A stretch of DNA of 64,000 bases. It comes from Candidatus Parcubacteria bacterium. Lineage in GTDB: Bacteria > Patescibacteriota > Minisyncoccia > UBA6257 > 2-01-FULL-56-20. The position numbers and the translations under genes were made by a program. The notes beneath the pieces are model-generated. The model made no database searches, was not told the DNA's origin, and saw only the letters and a program-made list of their open reading frames with translations. Positions 9,349-20,292 of the stretch are shown piece by piece (the first letter of the stretch is position 1; each line of letters starts with the position of its first letter). Location of the stretch: positions 251 to 64,250 of the forward strand of contig DAIDJL010000005.1 in NCBI GenBank assembly GCA_027450205.1. The letters run 5' to 3'.

Positions 9349-9765
9349 ATGTCTTCTACCGATATATTCACGCGCGTCAAAACCCTCAATCTGCCGTTTG
9401 GACAATACGTTGTCGTGGGAAGTGGCACGCTGGAAGCGTTAGGAATTCGCCCGGCCCACGATCTCGATATCGCCGTAACGCGAGAGCTGTTCGGCAACCT
9501 TCGCGAAGATGGAAGTTGGATGGAAGAAAAGCGATACGAGAAAACGTTTCTCGTGAAACCAGGCATCGATATCATCCCCCAGCTTTCATGGGATGCCTAT
9601 CCTACCACGACCGCAGAGGCAATCGCCTCGGCGCTTGTGATTGCCGGAATACCTTTTATGAACCTCGAAGAACTCAAACGTTTCAAAAAAGCACTCGGAC
9701 GAGAGAAGGACATGGCCGACATAATTCTCATCGAGGAGTATGAAAAGCACCATCCAATAGAATGA
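9349..9765 (+). CDS. nucleotidyltransferase-fold (Pol-beta-like) protein
   Basis: GSGTLEALGIRPAHDLDIAV fits the GS-x(n)-DhD minimal NTase motif. A 4-bp overlap with the next gene suggests operon coupling. Confidence 0.4.
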   Translation: MSSTDIFTRVKTLNLPFGQYVVVGSGTLEALGIRPAHDLDIAVTRELFGNLREDGSWMEEKRYEKTFLVKPGIDIIPQLSWDAYPTTTAEAIASALVIAGIPFMNLEELKRFKKALGREKDMADIILIEEYEKHHPIE

Positions 9766-10484
9766 GGCACCGCGCCGCTGTATTTGTTTTGGACGATAAA
9801 AATAACGTGCTGCTTTTCCATCGCTTCAAGAACGGCGAGGAGTATTATGCTGTTCCAGGTGGAGGTGTTGAATCGAACGAAACACCCGAACGAGCCGCAG
9901 TGCGAGAGCTAAAAGAAGAGACCAATTTAGATATTACGCTTGGCGAAAAAATCGGCGAGTTTGAAGCCGACGGCAATCATCAATATTTCTATGTTGCAAA
10001 GTCGTGGAGTGGAACGCCGACCTTCGGCGGCGAGGAGATGAAACGGCAATCCCCCACTAACGTCTACCAGCTAGAATGGGTGCCAATCGGAAAATTGGGT
10101 AAAATTGATCGGCGCTATGGGAATAAAAATCTGCTCCTACGATGGCTCAGTCCCGTGTCGAGATTTCTCGGCACGAACATCACAATTACCGTCGACCGCC
10201 CGCTCGGCAGCAAACATCCGAAATGGGGCTTCGAATATCCCGTCAATTACGGCTACGTCCCCAACACCAAAAGCGGCGACGGCGAAGAAATTGATGCATA
10301 TATACTCGGCACGAATGAGCCGCTTAAAGAATTTACAGGAAAATGTATTGCGATCATCCATCGTCTGGACGACGATGATGACAAGTTGATTGTTGTCCCA
10401 GTTGGCGTGGATTTTACCGACGCAGAGATCCGCACAGCGACGGAATTTCAAGAGCGATTTTTTAAGTCGGTGATTGTGCGATAA
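9762..10484 (+). CDS. NUDIX hydrolase fused to an inorganic pyrophosphatase-like domain
   Basis: The Nudix box is GGGVESNETPERAAVRELKEETNL. The C-terminal half reads ITVDRPLGSKHPKWGFEYPVNYGYVPNTKSGDGEEIDAYIL, resembling the family I PPase core (DR...YPxNYGxxPxT...DGDPxD), with a D-G-E variant of the DxD signature. Confidence 0.6.
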   Translation: MRHRAAVFVLDDKNNVLLFHRFKNGEEYYAVPGGGVESNETPERAAVRELKEETNLDITLGEKIGEFEADGNHQYFYVAKSWSGTPTFGGEEMKRQSPTNVYQLEWVPIGKLGKIDRRYGNKNLLLRWLSPVSRFLGTNITITVDRPLGSKHPKWGFEYPVNYGYVPNTKSGDGEEIDAYILGTNEPLKEFTGKCIAIIHRLDDDDDKLIVVPVGVDFTDAEIRTATEFQERFFKSVIVR

Positions 10485-10496
10485 TTATAAGAACCA

Positions 10497-10973
10497 ATGA
10501 TTATCTTCCTCAACGGCTCCATCAATTCCGGCAAGAGCACGGTCGCAAAACTGCTGGCCAAGAAGATTCCGAATGCGGCAACCGTCGAAATCGATGCATT
10601 CCGAGAAATGATTGACTGGATGCCGATTGATACGGCTGTCCCCATCAATCTCGAGAATGCTATTGCGGTCATTCGCAATTTTACGAAGCATGGCATTTCC
10701 TGCATCGTCCCCTATCCTCTTTCCGAAAAGAACCATGCCTACATAGCAGATGCGCTTTCGGATCTTGGAACAGCGATCCACTACTTCACCCTTGCCCCGT
10801 CAATCGAAACTGCGCTTTCCGACCGAGGCGCGCGGAAACTGGACGATCCGGAGCGAGAGCGAATCAAGCACCATTATACTATTGGCATCCATACGCCATC
10901 CTTTGGAATGATTATTGATAACACCGAACAGACGCCGGAGGAAACAACGAAAGAGATCCTCAATAATATTTAA
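10497..10973 (+). CDS. P-loop kinase (CPT/zeta-toxin-like small kinase)
   Basis: Walker A is FLNGSINSGKSTVAKLL. Its size of 158 aa fits small antibiotic/nucleotide phosphotransferases. Confidence 0.5.
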   Translation: MIIFLNGSINSGKSTVAKLLAKKIPNAATVEIDAFREMIDWMPIDTAVPINLENAIAVIRNFTKHGISCIVPYPLSEKNHAYIADALSDLGTAIHYFTLAPSIETALSDRGARKLDDPERERIKHHYTIGIHTPSFGMIIDNTEQTPEETTKEILNNI

Positions 10974-11461
10974 GGACGCTTTCCAACGGCTTGAGAAATC
11001 TCCAGCCCCAATCGAAACAGCTCCTTCATATGAGGAGCTTTGAGCATCTGGAGCGCATCGTCCGCAGTAACCCAAATAATATCTTTTATCTCGGCACTCG
11101 CACGCGGTTCTTTGGTAAGATTCGATACAAGAAATAATGAGATGATGGTATTCTTCCCGGCTCGATCGGGAGGGGTGTTGTAGAGATGTTCGTATTCCTT
11201 TCTTATGTCTGTCGGCCGCACCGAATAATCAGCGGGGTCTAAATGGAGTTCCTCTTGAAGCTCGCGGTGCAAGGCAGCAAGCAGATCGGCATCTTCCGCA
11301 TCCTTACATCCGCCGGGAATGGTGAACGCGCCGGAAGGCTCTTGGGTTAAGAGGAAAAGAGGCCCGGTGGCATCTTCTTTTCGGATTATCGCACGGACGT
11401 TTTTAATGATGTCGTCAGCAAGATCGAGTGACATAGCCTCAGGATAACATAAGTTTTTCAT
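10970..11461 (-). CDS. NUDIX hydrolase
   Basis: The Nudix box is GGCKDAEDADLLAALHRELQEELHL. The track start is a TTG and was moved to the ATG (MKNLCYP). Confidence 0.6.
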   Translation of the reverse strand: MKNLCYPEAMSLDLADDIIKNVRAIIRKEDATGPLFLLTQEPSGAFTIPGGCKDAEDADLLAALHRELQEELHLDPADYSVRPTDIRKEYEHLYNTPPDRAGKNTIISLFLVSNLTKEPRASAEIKDIIWVTADDALQMLKAPHMKELFRLGLEISQAVGKRP

Positions 11462-12378
11462 CCCCAACTATAGTTTCTCAAATATTCCTGATGCAGCTTT
11501 ATTCGGGCAACGTTGAACTCCGTTAGCTCCTCAGAGTACCACGCAAGATACTGAATGACCCGGGAAAGCCAATATAGGTCCTCCAGCTTTTTCTGATCTG
11601 CGGAGAAGTTCATTAGATCGTAATAATCATGTATCGCCGCTTCGCTGAAGTTGAAATGCCACAGATACATGCGGACTCTCGCAAAGTCATAAATCGGGTC
11701 GCCAAACATCGCGTCTTCCCAATCGACGATACCGGAAATCTCGTGACTTTCCGGGTTCACAAATAAATTCCTCTGATTGAAATCGGTATGAAGCAATGAA
11801 TATTCTTTCAAGTCGAACACCGTATCTCCGATCTTCTTTTTGATCTTGGTAACCGATGCCAAAACAAGTCCTCCGTCCAACGATTTCCTGGCGGCAACTT
11901 CATTCCAGTCCATATCGCCGCCATCGAAGATTGAAAGCATTATACCCTTCCATGTCTCTCCGTCTTTTTTGTGAGCAAGTAATCCTGGGATTTCTGATTG
12001 TATTTTATGCAACTCTTTTAGATTTTTCACCATAGAAGGTACATATAGCGGCATTTCTCCCACTGGAACGGACTCGAGCAATGGGAAATTAATTCTTTTA
12101 AGAATAATTACCGGCACATCCTCAAAAATGAAAGAGGCAATGAGCGCCGGGACAGGAATATCGATCTGTTTCTTTGTGATCAATTCCAATGCAGGCACAT
12201 CTTTCATCGCGTTCGTTCCGTACTTTACGGCGCAATCTATGCCATTCGAAAGCGTTATAAAAAAGACGGAACTACTCATCCCCTGAGGAGGCAACTCAAG
12301 ACTCTTCAGTGGAAACCCTGAGTTGTACTCGCTTTCGATATATGCAACCACTCTTTTTTGAAAATCTTGGGGAGGCAT
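11458..12378 (-). CDS. aminoglycoside/choline-kinase family phosphotransferase (APH-like)
   Basis: The catalytic loop is LLHTDFNQRNLFVN and the Mg-binding region is IVDWEDAMFGDPIYDFA, i.e. Brenner motif HxDxxxxN and a DxxxxD-like region. Confidence 0.6.
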   Translation of the reverse strand: MPPQDFQKRVVAYIESEYNSGFPLKSLELPPQGMSSSVFFITLSNGIDCAVKYGTNAMKDVPALELITKKQIDIPVPALIASFIFEDVPVIILKRINFPLLESVPVGEMPLYVPSMVKNLKELHKIQSEIPGLLAHKKDGETWKGIMLSIFDGGDMDWNEVAARKSLDGGLVLASVTKIKKKIGDTVFDLKEYSLLHTDFNQRNLFVNPESHEISGIVDWEDAMFGDPIYDFARVRMYLWHFNFSEAAIHDYYDLMNFSADQKKLEDLYWLSRVIQYLAWYSEELTEFNVARIKLHQEYLRNYSWG

Positions 12379-12439
12379 ACGTCTATTCTATATCCTAATA
12401 GAATTAAAAGGCAGTCACTAAAAATTCGGCACTGAATTT

Positions 12440-12480
12440 GACAAAATACTTTTTTTTATATTATATATATACAGAAACAT
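12440..12480 (+). promoter_or_regulatory. sigma70-like promoter upstream of ndk
   Basis: TTGACA at ~12446 is followed by an AT-rich TATATTATATATA block. A perfect SD AAAGGAGGGG lies 5 nt before the ATG at 12503. Confidence 0.3.
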
Positions 12481-12502
12481 TTTTTCTTTGAAAGGAGGGG
12501 TG

Positions 12503-12925
12503 ATGAGCGAGAGCTCGTATATTATTAAGCCGCATGCGTTAGCTTTTCGAGCAGAGATCAGGACGATGATTGAATCGACCGGACTCATAATCACACAAAG
12601 CAAGCGGGTCGTGCTCCCTACGTGGGCGCTTAAAAGAATCTACTACGATCTTGCCGAAAGATACCGCAATGCAGTTTTTCGGCAATACGAGAATGCTTAT
12701 ATCGAAGCAGGACTTGTGATCGGCAAAGATGCCGTCGAGAAACTCTTGTGCATCGCGGGCAGGGAGCTTGATCCTGTCGATTGCGCTCCAGAAAGCATCC
12801 GCTTTAAATTTGGGAGTAGAGAACCTTCTATGGTCGATGGCGTCAGATGCTACGCGAACATCATCCATCGGCCGAGAAATGAATCGGAAGCCGCCGAAAG
12901 TGTGAGAATATTCCATATTCTTTAG
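12503..12925 (+). CDS. ndk: nucleoside diphosphate kinase (divergent)
   Basis: SSYIIKPHA matches the NDK N-terminal IKPD motif. NIIHRPRNESEAAESVRIFH matches the NIIHGSDS active-site His region. The track start (12488, TTG) was replaced by the ATG with a strong SD. Confidence 0.55.
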   Translation: MSESSYIIKPHALAFRAEIRTMIESTGLIITQSKRVVLPTWALKRIYYDLAERYRNAVFRQYENAYIEAGLVIGKDAVEKLLCIAGRELDPVDCAPESIRFKFGSREPSMVDGVRCYANIIHRPRNESEAAESVRIFHIL

Positions 12926-12927
12926 CC

Positions 12928-12962
12928 AGCCCGGACAGAAATACCGTCCGGGCTTTTTATTA
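12928..12962 (+). terminator. rho-independent terminator after ndk
   Basis: GCCCGGAC-agaaatacc-GTCCGGGC is followed by TTTTTATT. Confidence 0.55.
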
Positions 12963-12963
12963 A

Positions 12964-12996
12964 AAAAATGGGGGCGTCCTATTGGACGTCCCCGAG
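12964..12996 (-). terminator. rho-independent terminator after the minus-strand ATP-grasp gene
   Basis: On the minus strand, GGGGACGTCC-aata-GGACGCCCC is followed by CATTTTTTT. Confidence 0.5.
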
Positions 12997-12999
12997 AGA

Positions 13000-14244
13000 T
13001 TATTTTGTCATAATCTCGAATCGTTCATATACCTTCAACATCCTCGCCAGCACCTCTCCCGCAGTATTCCCCTTCACCTGGACCCATCCGGAACAACTCG
13101 TGTACTGCCGTTGAGATTGGATGATATCCCCCATGTTATAGTTGACGCCACCGTCAATGACTCCTTCAAGATTGCTTAGTTCATTGTAAGAAGAGATCTT
13201 GGTGATGACGCCATCGGCTAAAGGAAGGAACATATCCCCGACGCACTGCACCCCATTTGATGGCAATTCCGGAACAGTTCTTCCGACTATGACATCAATC
13301 AGTAAAGAGCAAACATCCACCCCGAAAGCGATACTGTGGTTCGAAAGCATATGCTCTCCGGGCGTACGCCATGCGAACTCACAAATAACGGGCTGCCCAT
13401 GGAAGTCGATGAATATCTCGGTGTGCATGTAGCCGTTCTTCAGACCCAGTTGATCGATTACCCCCTGGGCGACCTCCTTCCCATCAAATTTGGCAACCCT
13501 AGGAGATTCTTTGACAGTGATTTGGGCGAACTTCTCTTTTTTTTCCGCGAAGCTCAGGTTTGTATAGGGAAGCCACGCCGGAAACATCCCGATAACCTTC
13601 CCTTCCTGCACCAGCGCATCGAAACACCAAATCAGGTGTGGACAGTACGTTTCCACTATGAATCGCCCAGTAGAGTAATCGAGCTGAAGCGTTTCCAGTT
13701 GTTCCTTGTTTTCAATTTTATATACCTCCCTGGATGAAAATCCCCTGCGCCACTTCACAATGATGGGGAATCCATCATGTACATCGGCGAAGCCGACTAC
13801 TTCCTTCAATGACCCCGCTTCCTGATAGGATACGGTCGGAAGTCCGAGCTTCCGTAGCATATTCTTCATCGCAAACTTATCCCTCACGCAGAGAGCCTGA
13901 TACTCGCTCAATGCGCCGGGGAGCCCCAACAAAGAAGCAAACCGCTGGATCCGCTCCTGATGGAATTCGGAGTCGTTATAAAAGAAGTCAATTGTGATCC
14001 CATGAGCGTCACAGAAATGGACGAATCTGCGGGCTTCGTTCTCGACGTCCTCCGTTTTATCAAAAACAAAACAATGAATGTCGGCAGTGGCTGTGAGATG
14101 CGCCTTACTGAAAAGCGTGGCGCCTTTAAATCTCAGCAATACCGGGTTGATGGTCTCGTTCGATACCACCTTCCTTGAGAGAGTATTTTCATACTCTTCC
14201 ACGAAAAGCAGGGTGGGTTTTGCGACATCAAGCGCTCGCTTCAC
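13000..14244 (-). CDS. ATP-grasp domain protein
   Basis: Central ATP-grasp features are CVRDKFAMKNMLRKLGLPTVS, IIVKWRRGFSSREVYKIEN and ICEFAWRTPGEHM. The track start is a GTG immediately after the SD, so the start was moved to the second in-frame GTG 10 nt after AGGAGG. Confidence 0.55.
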   Translation of the reverse strand: MKRALDVAKPTLLFVEEYENTLSRKVVSNETINPVLLRFKGATLFSKAHLTATADIHCFVFDKTEDVENEARRFVHFCDAHGITIDFFYNDSEFHQERIQRFASLLGLPGALSEYQALCVRDKFAMKNMLRKLGLPTVSYQEAGSLKEVVGFADVHDGFPIIVKWRRGFSSREVYKIENKEQLETLQLDYSTGRFIVETYCPHLIWCFDALVQEGKVIGMFPAWLPYTNLSFAEKKEKFAQITVKESPRVAKFDGKEVAQGVIDQLGLKNGYMHTEIFIDFHGQPVICEFAWRTPGEHMLSNHSIAFGVDVCSLLIDVIVGRTVPELPSNGVQCVGDMFLPLADGVITKISSYNELSNLEGVIDGGVNYNMGDIIQSQRQYTSCSGWVQVKGNTAGEVLARMLKVYERFEIMTK

Positions 14245-14336
14245 GGAACGCACCTCCTCCTTTTGAAATGTGCATGATCCGGGAGATATCCGAATCTGTC
14301 AAGATTAAAGCACGTGATTAGCAGCTCTGTCAAATA

Positions 14337-14789
14337 TCACCGCGCTTCGGGAAATATCTCCTTTATTTTTTCTTCGGTCTCTTGGAGTTGGTTATCGAAA
14401 AGGAGGTAATTTTTAAGTGAACTCCTGGACGCCCATACATAACTTCTTACCTCATTTTTCTGAAGCAATACTTCATCATCCTCTCCTATGAAACGGAAGC
14501 CGAAGAAATACCGTTCCGAACCTTCATACTCCTGTCTGTTGCGAAGCAGCTTAATCTCTTTGAACTTGAATCGCAAGGGAAGGTCGCTCTTGCCGATCAT
14601 TTGGAGAGACGCTTTCTCGATGCCCAATTCTTCATGCACTTCGCGGTATACCGCATCCTCTAACGCTTCTCCGGGCTCAACGCCGCCTCCCGGAATCGCA
14701 AAGTATCGTTCTTTGAACGATTTTAAATTCACTAAAAGAAACTCCCCCTCTCCGTTACTTATGAGCGCCGCAACTCCTTTTCTATACAT
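14337..14789 (-). CDS. NUDIX hydrolase
   Basis: The Nudix box is GGGVEPGEALEDAVYREVHEELGI. Confidence 0.65.
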   Translation of the reverse strand: MYRKGVAALISNGEGEFLLVNLKSFKERYFAIPGGGVEPGEALEDAVYREVHEELGIEKASLQMIGKSDLPLRFKFKEIKLLRNRQEYEGSERYFFGFRFIGEDDEVLLQKNEVRSYVWASRSSLKNYLLFDNQLQETEEKIKEIFPEAR

Positions 14790-14799
14790 ATGGAATTCT

Positions 14800-15681
14800 T
14801 TATTTTAAAAATCGCCGACAAAGCACCTCTACCGCGCGCTCTTTCATTTTCTCTGGTATCCGCCTAAAATACAAATCTGGGTCGATGAGCTCCACCTCTA
14901 GAATCTCATACCGTGATCCGTTCTTTAAGAAATCAATTCTGCAAATATCGGGAGTGGCTTCGAATCTCTTCATAAAGTATTTTTTAAGCTCTACTGCTTT
15001 CTTTTGAAGCGCAGGAGAAATGGCTCCTGGACGCACATATATCGCATCTTTTTTCCCGCTCAAAATCCCGGGGAATCTCCTTATCCCATAAAGGATCTCT
15101 CCCCCGATCATAACGACCGATAATTCTCCCGCTATAATGGCCGATCGATATGGTTGAGCAATAAACCCTCCCTGCTTGTTATCCTCAATCGTGGATAGTC
15201 CTCGTGTGTTCGTCCCCGTTTTATATACAAATGTAAGATATCCGCTTTCAGATATGCGAGGTTTGACGACGATGATCCTTGCTCCCAATGTATCGCATGC
15301 CCGGGAAAGGATCCCTCGAAGTTCCGGCGGCCGTTTCACACCTTTCAATTGCAAAAGAATAGTCGGAATAGTTCCTAGTCGTGCTATTTCCCGTAAATAT
15401 TCGTACTTATCGATATTCCAGAAAACAAACGGGTAGTCATTCATCAGTTTAATCTTCTTTTTTTTAAGATCCTTTATTCGCTCAAGGAATCGCCGATAAC
15501 TTTTATGGTATCCCCAGATACTTTTCAGCATCACAAAATCGAACGACCTCGGCGCGGTCGCGATTTTCTCCAGGGGAATTATTTCCGAATGCATACCCCT
15601 AGCGATCAACGCGTCACGCACGAGGATATCCTCCGATATTTTCCCCGCATGTTTTTTTGAAGAGGCGATGTAGACGTTCAT
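14800..15681 (-). CDS. hypothetical protein, possibly ATP-grasp/RimK-like
   Basis: A 293-aa ORF with an ATG start. It has a weak resemblance to ATP-grasp ligases (GARIIVVKPRISESGYLTFVYKT, IGGEILYGIRRFPG). The call is not secure. Confidence 0.3.
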   Translation of the reverse strand: MNVYIASSKKHAGKISEDILVRDALIARGMHSEIIPLEKIATAPRSFDFVMLKSIWGYHKSYRRFLERIKDLKKKKIKLMNDYPFVFWNIDKYEYLREIARLGTIPTILLQLKGVKRPPELRGILSRACDTLGARIIVVKPRISESGYLTFVYKTGTNTRGLSTIEDNKQGGFIAQPYRSAIIAGELSVVMIGGEILYGIRRFPGILSGKKDAIYVRPGAISPALQKKAVELKKYFMKRFEATPDICRIDFLKNGSRYEILEVELIDPDLYFRRIPEKMKERAVEVLCRRFLK

Positions 15682-17246
15682 GAGAGTAATTCGATCGATC
15701 GCTTGAGTCGCAAAAATCCCGCCAATAAATCCTTGTAATCCAACGCCACAGTCGCTCTTGCGATGAGCTGATTACGGTCGGCCCAGAAAAAAGCTTTCCC
15801 AGTCAAGACCTTGATATTCCCGGATGTGTAAAGGAATTGTAGTAATGTTCTGTCGTCGACGATCTTGAATCCTTTATAAGTCTTTCCAAGCACCCTTGAT
15901 AAATCGAGGAGGGCAAAAAATCCGGACTCGGGATCAAGGACAATATCAACATCTTTGATGCCGGTCATTGCTTTGGCCGTATCAATAGCAAAACTATTAT
16001 CTCTTATGATGCTATTTAAGAGCGCCAGTTCTTCGCGTTTAAGTCGGTGCATGCCAAGCACGATAGCCTTCACAAAAATATAACGCTCGCGATATTTTTT
16101 TGTGACGGAGGCGAAATACTTCTCCCGTTTTTTTTCCTGCTTTTTCCCCGAAGGAAATGCTGCGCTCATAGCCGAGGATTGCAAGAGCGATAGCGAGTCG
16201 GATGCCTGAAAGATATTATCCCTCACCAAAGAACTAATTACTTCATCCGCGATGACGAGGCCAGACCTGATTCCCGCCAACCCATAGGATTTGGAAAGCG
16301 AATAAAGAGTGATGGTATTTTTAAACTGACCTGTCAGACTACAAATCGGTAGCGCAGGATTGCTCCTATCGTACTCCAGGCCAGCGTACGCAAGATCGTC
16401 GATCACGAACACTCCCGCCTTCCTACAAATATTTGCTATCGTCAACAAAAGAGACTTATCTTTCTCGCCATAAACTATCCCTGTAGGATTATGGGGATTC
16501 AGATTGACGAACGCTGCTACTCTTGGAGGGATATCAGAACGCCGAAACACGTATTTTCCGCGGTTCACATCGTAATCTCTTTGGAGCTCAGTGTTTATTT
16601 TTGCGATAAGTGATTCAAGTTTGTGGGAGTTTACCTTCCATCCATCAGTAGGAGACAACGGTAAAAGCCTCACCCTTCCTCCGACCCTTTCCGGGATGAA
16701 AGAAAAGAGTCCGTAATTGGGCGCGGTCATTAGCACGACATCCCCATAGTCCAATATAGCTTCCATTACAAGGGTGAATGCTTGCGTACTCGAGTGGGTA
16801 AAAATAATATTGTCCGACTTAACTTTCAAAGAATGGATGTTATTGAAGTATTTAATGATGGGCTCTTTATCGACGCCGTCCCCTGCCGCAAGTGGATAAT
16901 CGGAAAGTATCCTTCTTTCCATGGCGCTCTTCATATTAGAGATTGATAATTCGAACGGCTTGAATCGGGCGGGACTTCCGCCACCAAGCCTCACTTTCCC
17001 TACGGTCGGCCGTTTAAATCCTTTGATAAGAAGATTCAGGGAGAGGCTGTAATATTCGTATGCTTCGGCAGCCTCCTGCGTTTCGCGCGAGCTCCACGCG
17101 CCCCAAAGAGCATTGCCGATATGCGGAAGTCCCCCATAAGATAATCTGTTGACCTGGTTAGATGGATACATCCGCACCACTGATTTTATGGATCTAGGGA
17201 GGGTCTTGTCCTTGATGACTTTCTGCTTATCATTTTGCATAGCCAT
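15678..17246 (-). CDS. PLP-dependent aminotransferase, class I/II
   Basis: NLNPHNPTGIVYGEKD matches the NPxNPTG motif. YSLSKSYGLAGIRSGLVIAD matches SxSKxxGxxGxR with the PLP lysine. The track start is a TTG and was moved to ATG (MAMQNDKQ). Confidence 0.7.
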   Translation of the reverse strand: MAMQNDKQKVIKDKTLPRSIKSVVRMYPSNQVNRLSYGGLPHIGNALWGAWSSRETQEAAEAYEYYSLSLNLLIKGFKRPTVGKVRLGGGSPARFKPFELSISNMKSAMERRILSDYPLAAGDGVDKEPIIKYFNNIHSLKVKSDNIIFTHSSTQAFTLVMEAILDYGDVVLMTAPNYGLFSFIPERVGGRVRLLPLSPTDGWKVNSHKLESLIAKINTELQRDYDVNRGKYVFRRSDIPPRVAAFVNLNPHNPTGIVYGEKDKSLLLTIANICRKAGVFVIDDLAYAGLEYDRSNPALPICSLTGQFKNTITLYSLSKSYGLAGIRSGLVIADEVISSLVRDNIFQASDSLSLLQSSAMSAAFPSGKKQEKKREKYFASVTKKYRERYIFVKAIVLGMHRLKREELALLNSIIRDNSFAIDTAKAMTGIKDVDIVLDPESGFFALLDLSRVLGKTYKGFKIVDDRTLLQFLYTSGNIKVLTGKAFFWADRNQLIARATVALDYKDLLAGFLRLKRSIELLS

Positions 17247-17364
17247 ACGAAGTGTATAACTGCAGTTTACCTCATAGAGACAGCAAATCAACTTGTCGCT
17301 CGTTCAAACCCGACTGTTATGACTGAATAAAAAGAGCCCCCGAAGAAACGTTCTTTTTATACTG

Positions 17365-17439
17365 CGCGGCCGACCGGACTTGAACCGGCAACCCCCGCCG
17401 TGACAGGGCGGTGCTCTAACCAAATTGAGCTACGACCGC
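17365..17439 (-). tRNA. tRNA-Asp (anticodon GTC)
   Basis: The minus-strand sequence is GCGGTCGTAGCTCAATTTGGTTAGAGCACCGCCCTGTCACGGCGGGGGTTGCCGGTTCAAGTCCGGTCGGCCGCG. It has a 7-bp acceptor stem, a D-arm, the anticodon loop CTGTCAC (GTC), a T-arm GTTCAAG and discriminator G. No CCA is encoded. Confidence 0.85.
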
Positions 17440-17492
17440 AAATCTACCTTGAAGATTCTATAGTTTTTGTGGCGATAAATCAACCTTCTTTT

Positions 17493-19625
<2,133 letters not shown>

Positions 19626-19635
19626 TCAATGAGGG

Positions 19636-20103
19636 TTATGGATAGCTCGGAGGGCCGTTAAGGCCAAGGAAGAACGCACGCTCGGAACTGTTCGCGATGC
19701 CGCTCGATATCGCGGTGGTCGTGCTTGCGTTGCTGCAGGTCGTTGTTGCGCCGGATGCGTCGGGGGCGACGTAGCAATCAACCGTGAGCGATGGGGTTGC
19801 TCCATTCGCGGTGATAAACGAAGGCATAGGATAATCCGTACCGTTCCCATATCCGGGGCACCGGCCCGCGGCGACACAATAATGGTTAAAGAGCGTCCAT
19901 TCCACCCCCGCATCGGCGGCAAAGATCGCCTTTGCGGAATTGGCCGTGTTGGTGGTTGCGCGGATCTGGTAGAGCGTCAAAAGCCCGGCGACCGTCGTCG
20001 CGCCGAGGATGGCGCCGCCAAGCGAAAGCACCGCAATGAGCATCGCCTGCCCGGAACGGCTATCCTGCTGCCTGTTTTTTTGGACGCACGGTGTTTGCTT
20101 CAT
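19636..20103 (-). CDS. PilX-like minor pilin / pilus assembly protein (N-terminal PilX_N-like domain)
   Basis: The track ORF (253 aa) has an implausible Arg/Pro-rich N-extension. The start was moved to ATG at complement(20101..20103), giving MKQTPCVQKNRQQDSRSGQAMLIAVLSLGGAILGATTVAGLLTLYQIRATTNTANSAKAIFAADAGVEW. This resembles the PilX N-terminal pattern (hydrophobic helix ...NxxxSxxAFxAAEAGxE). Confidence 0.45.
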   Translation of the reverse strand: MKQTPCVQKNRQQDSRSGQAMLIAVLSLGGAILGATTVAGLLTLYQIRATTNTANSAKAIFAADAGVEWTLFNHYCVAAGRCPGYGNGTDYPMPSFITANGATPSLTVDCYVAPDASGATTTCSNASTTTAISSGIANSSERAFFLGLNGPPSYP

Positions 20104-20254
20104 CCCTCTATTATACCCCGCCGCAGGACGAAGTATAATAAGAAACATAAAACTATCGGGAAAACCTTCCGCGCACCTTCTCCTCCCGTGCGGCGGACAT
20201 CTCTCCATCTCGGACATGATGCGATCCAAGTTTTGGAAAACAGCGAGGAATTTT

Positions 20255-20292
20255 TTCAAATAAAAAAGCCTTGCTCGTAGTTGAGCAGGCCT
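20255..20292 (-). terminator. rho-independent terminator (minus strand)
   Basis: On the minus strand, GCCTGCTC-aactac-GAGCAAGGC is followed by TTTTTTATTTG. Confidence 0.45.

Noticed and set aside
12539-12916. 125-aa minus-strand ORF
   Set aside because: Antisense to the ndk-like gene, which has NDK motifs, a strong SD and a downstream terminator.
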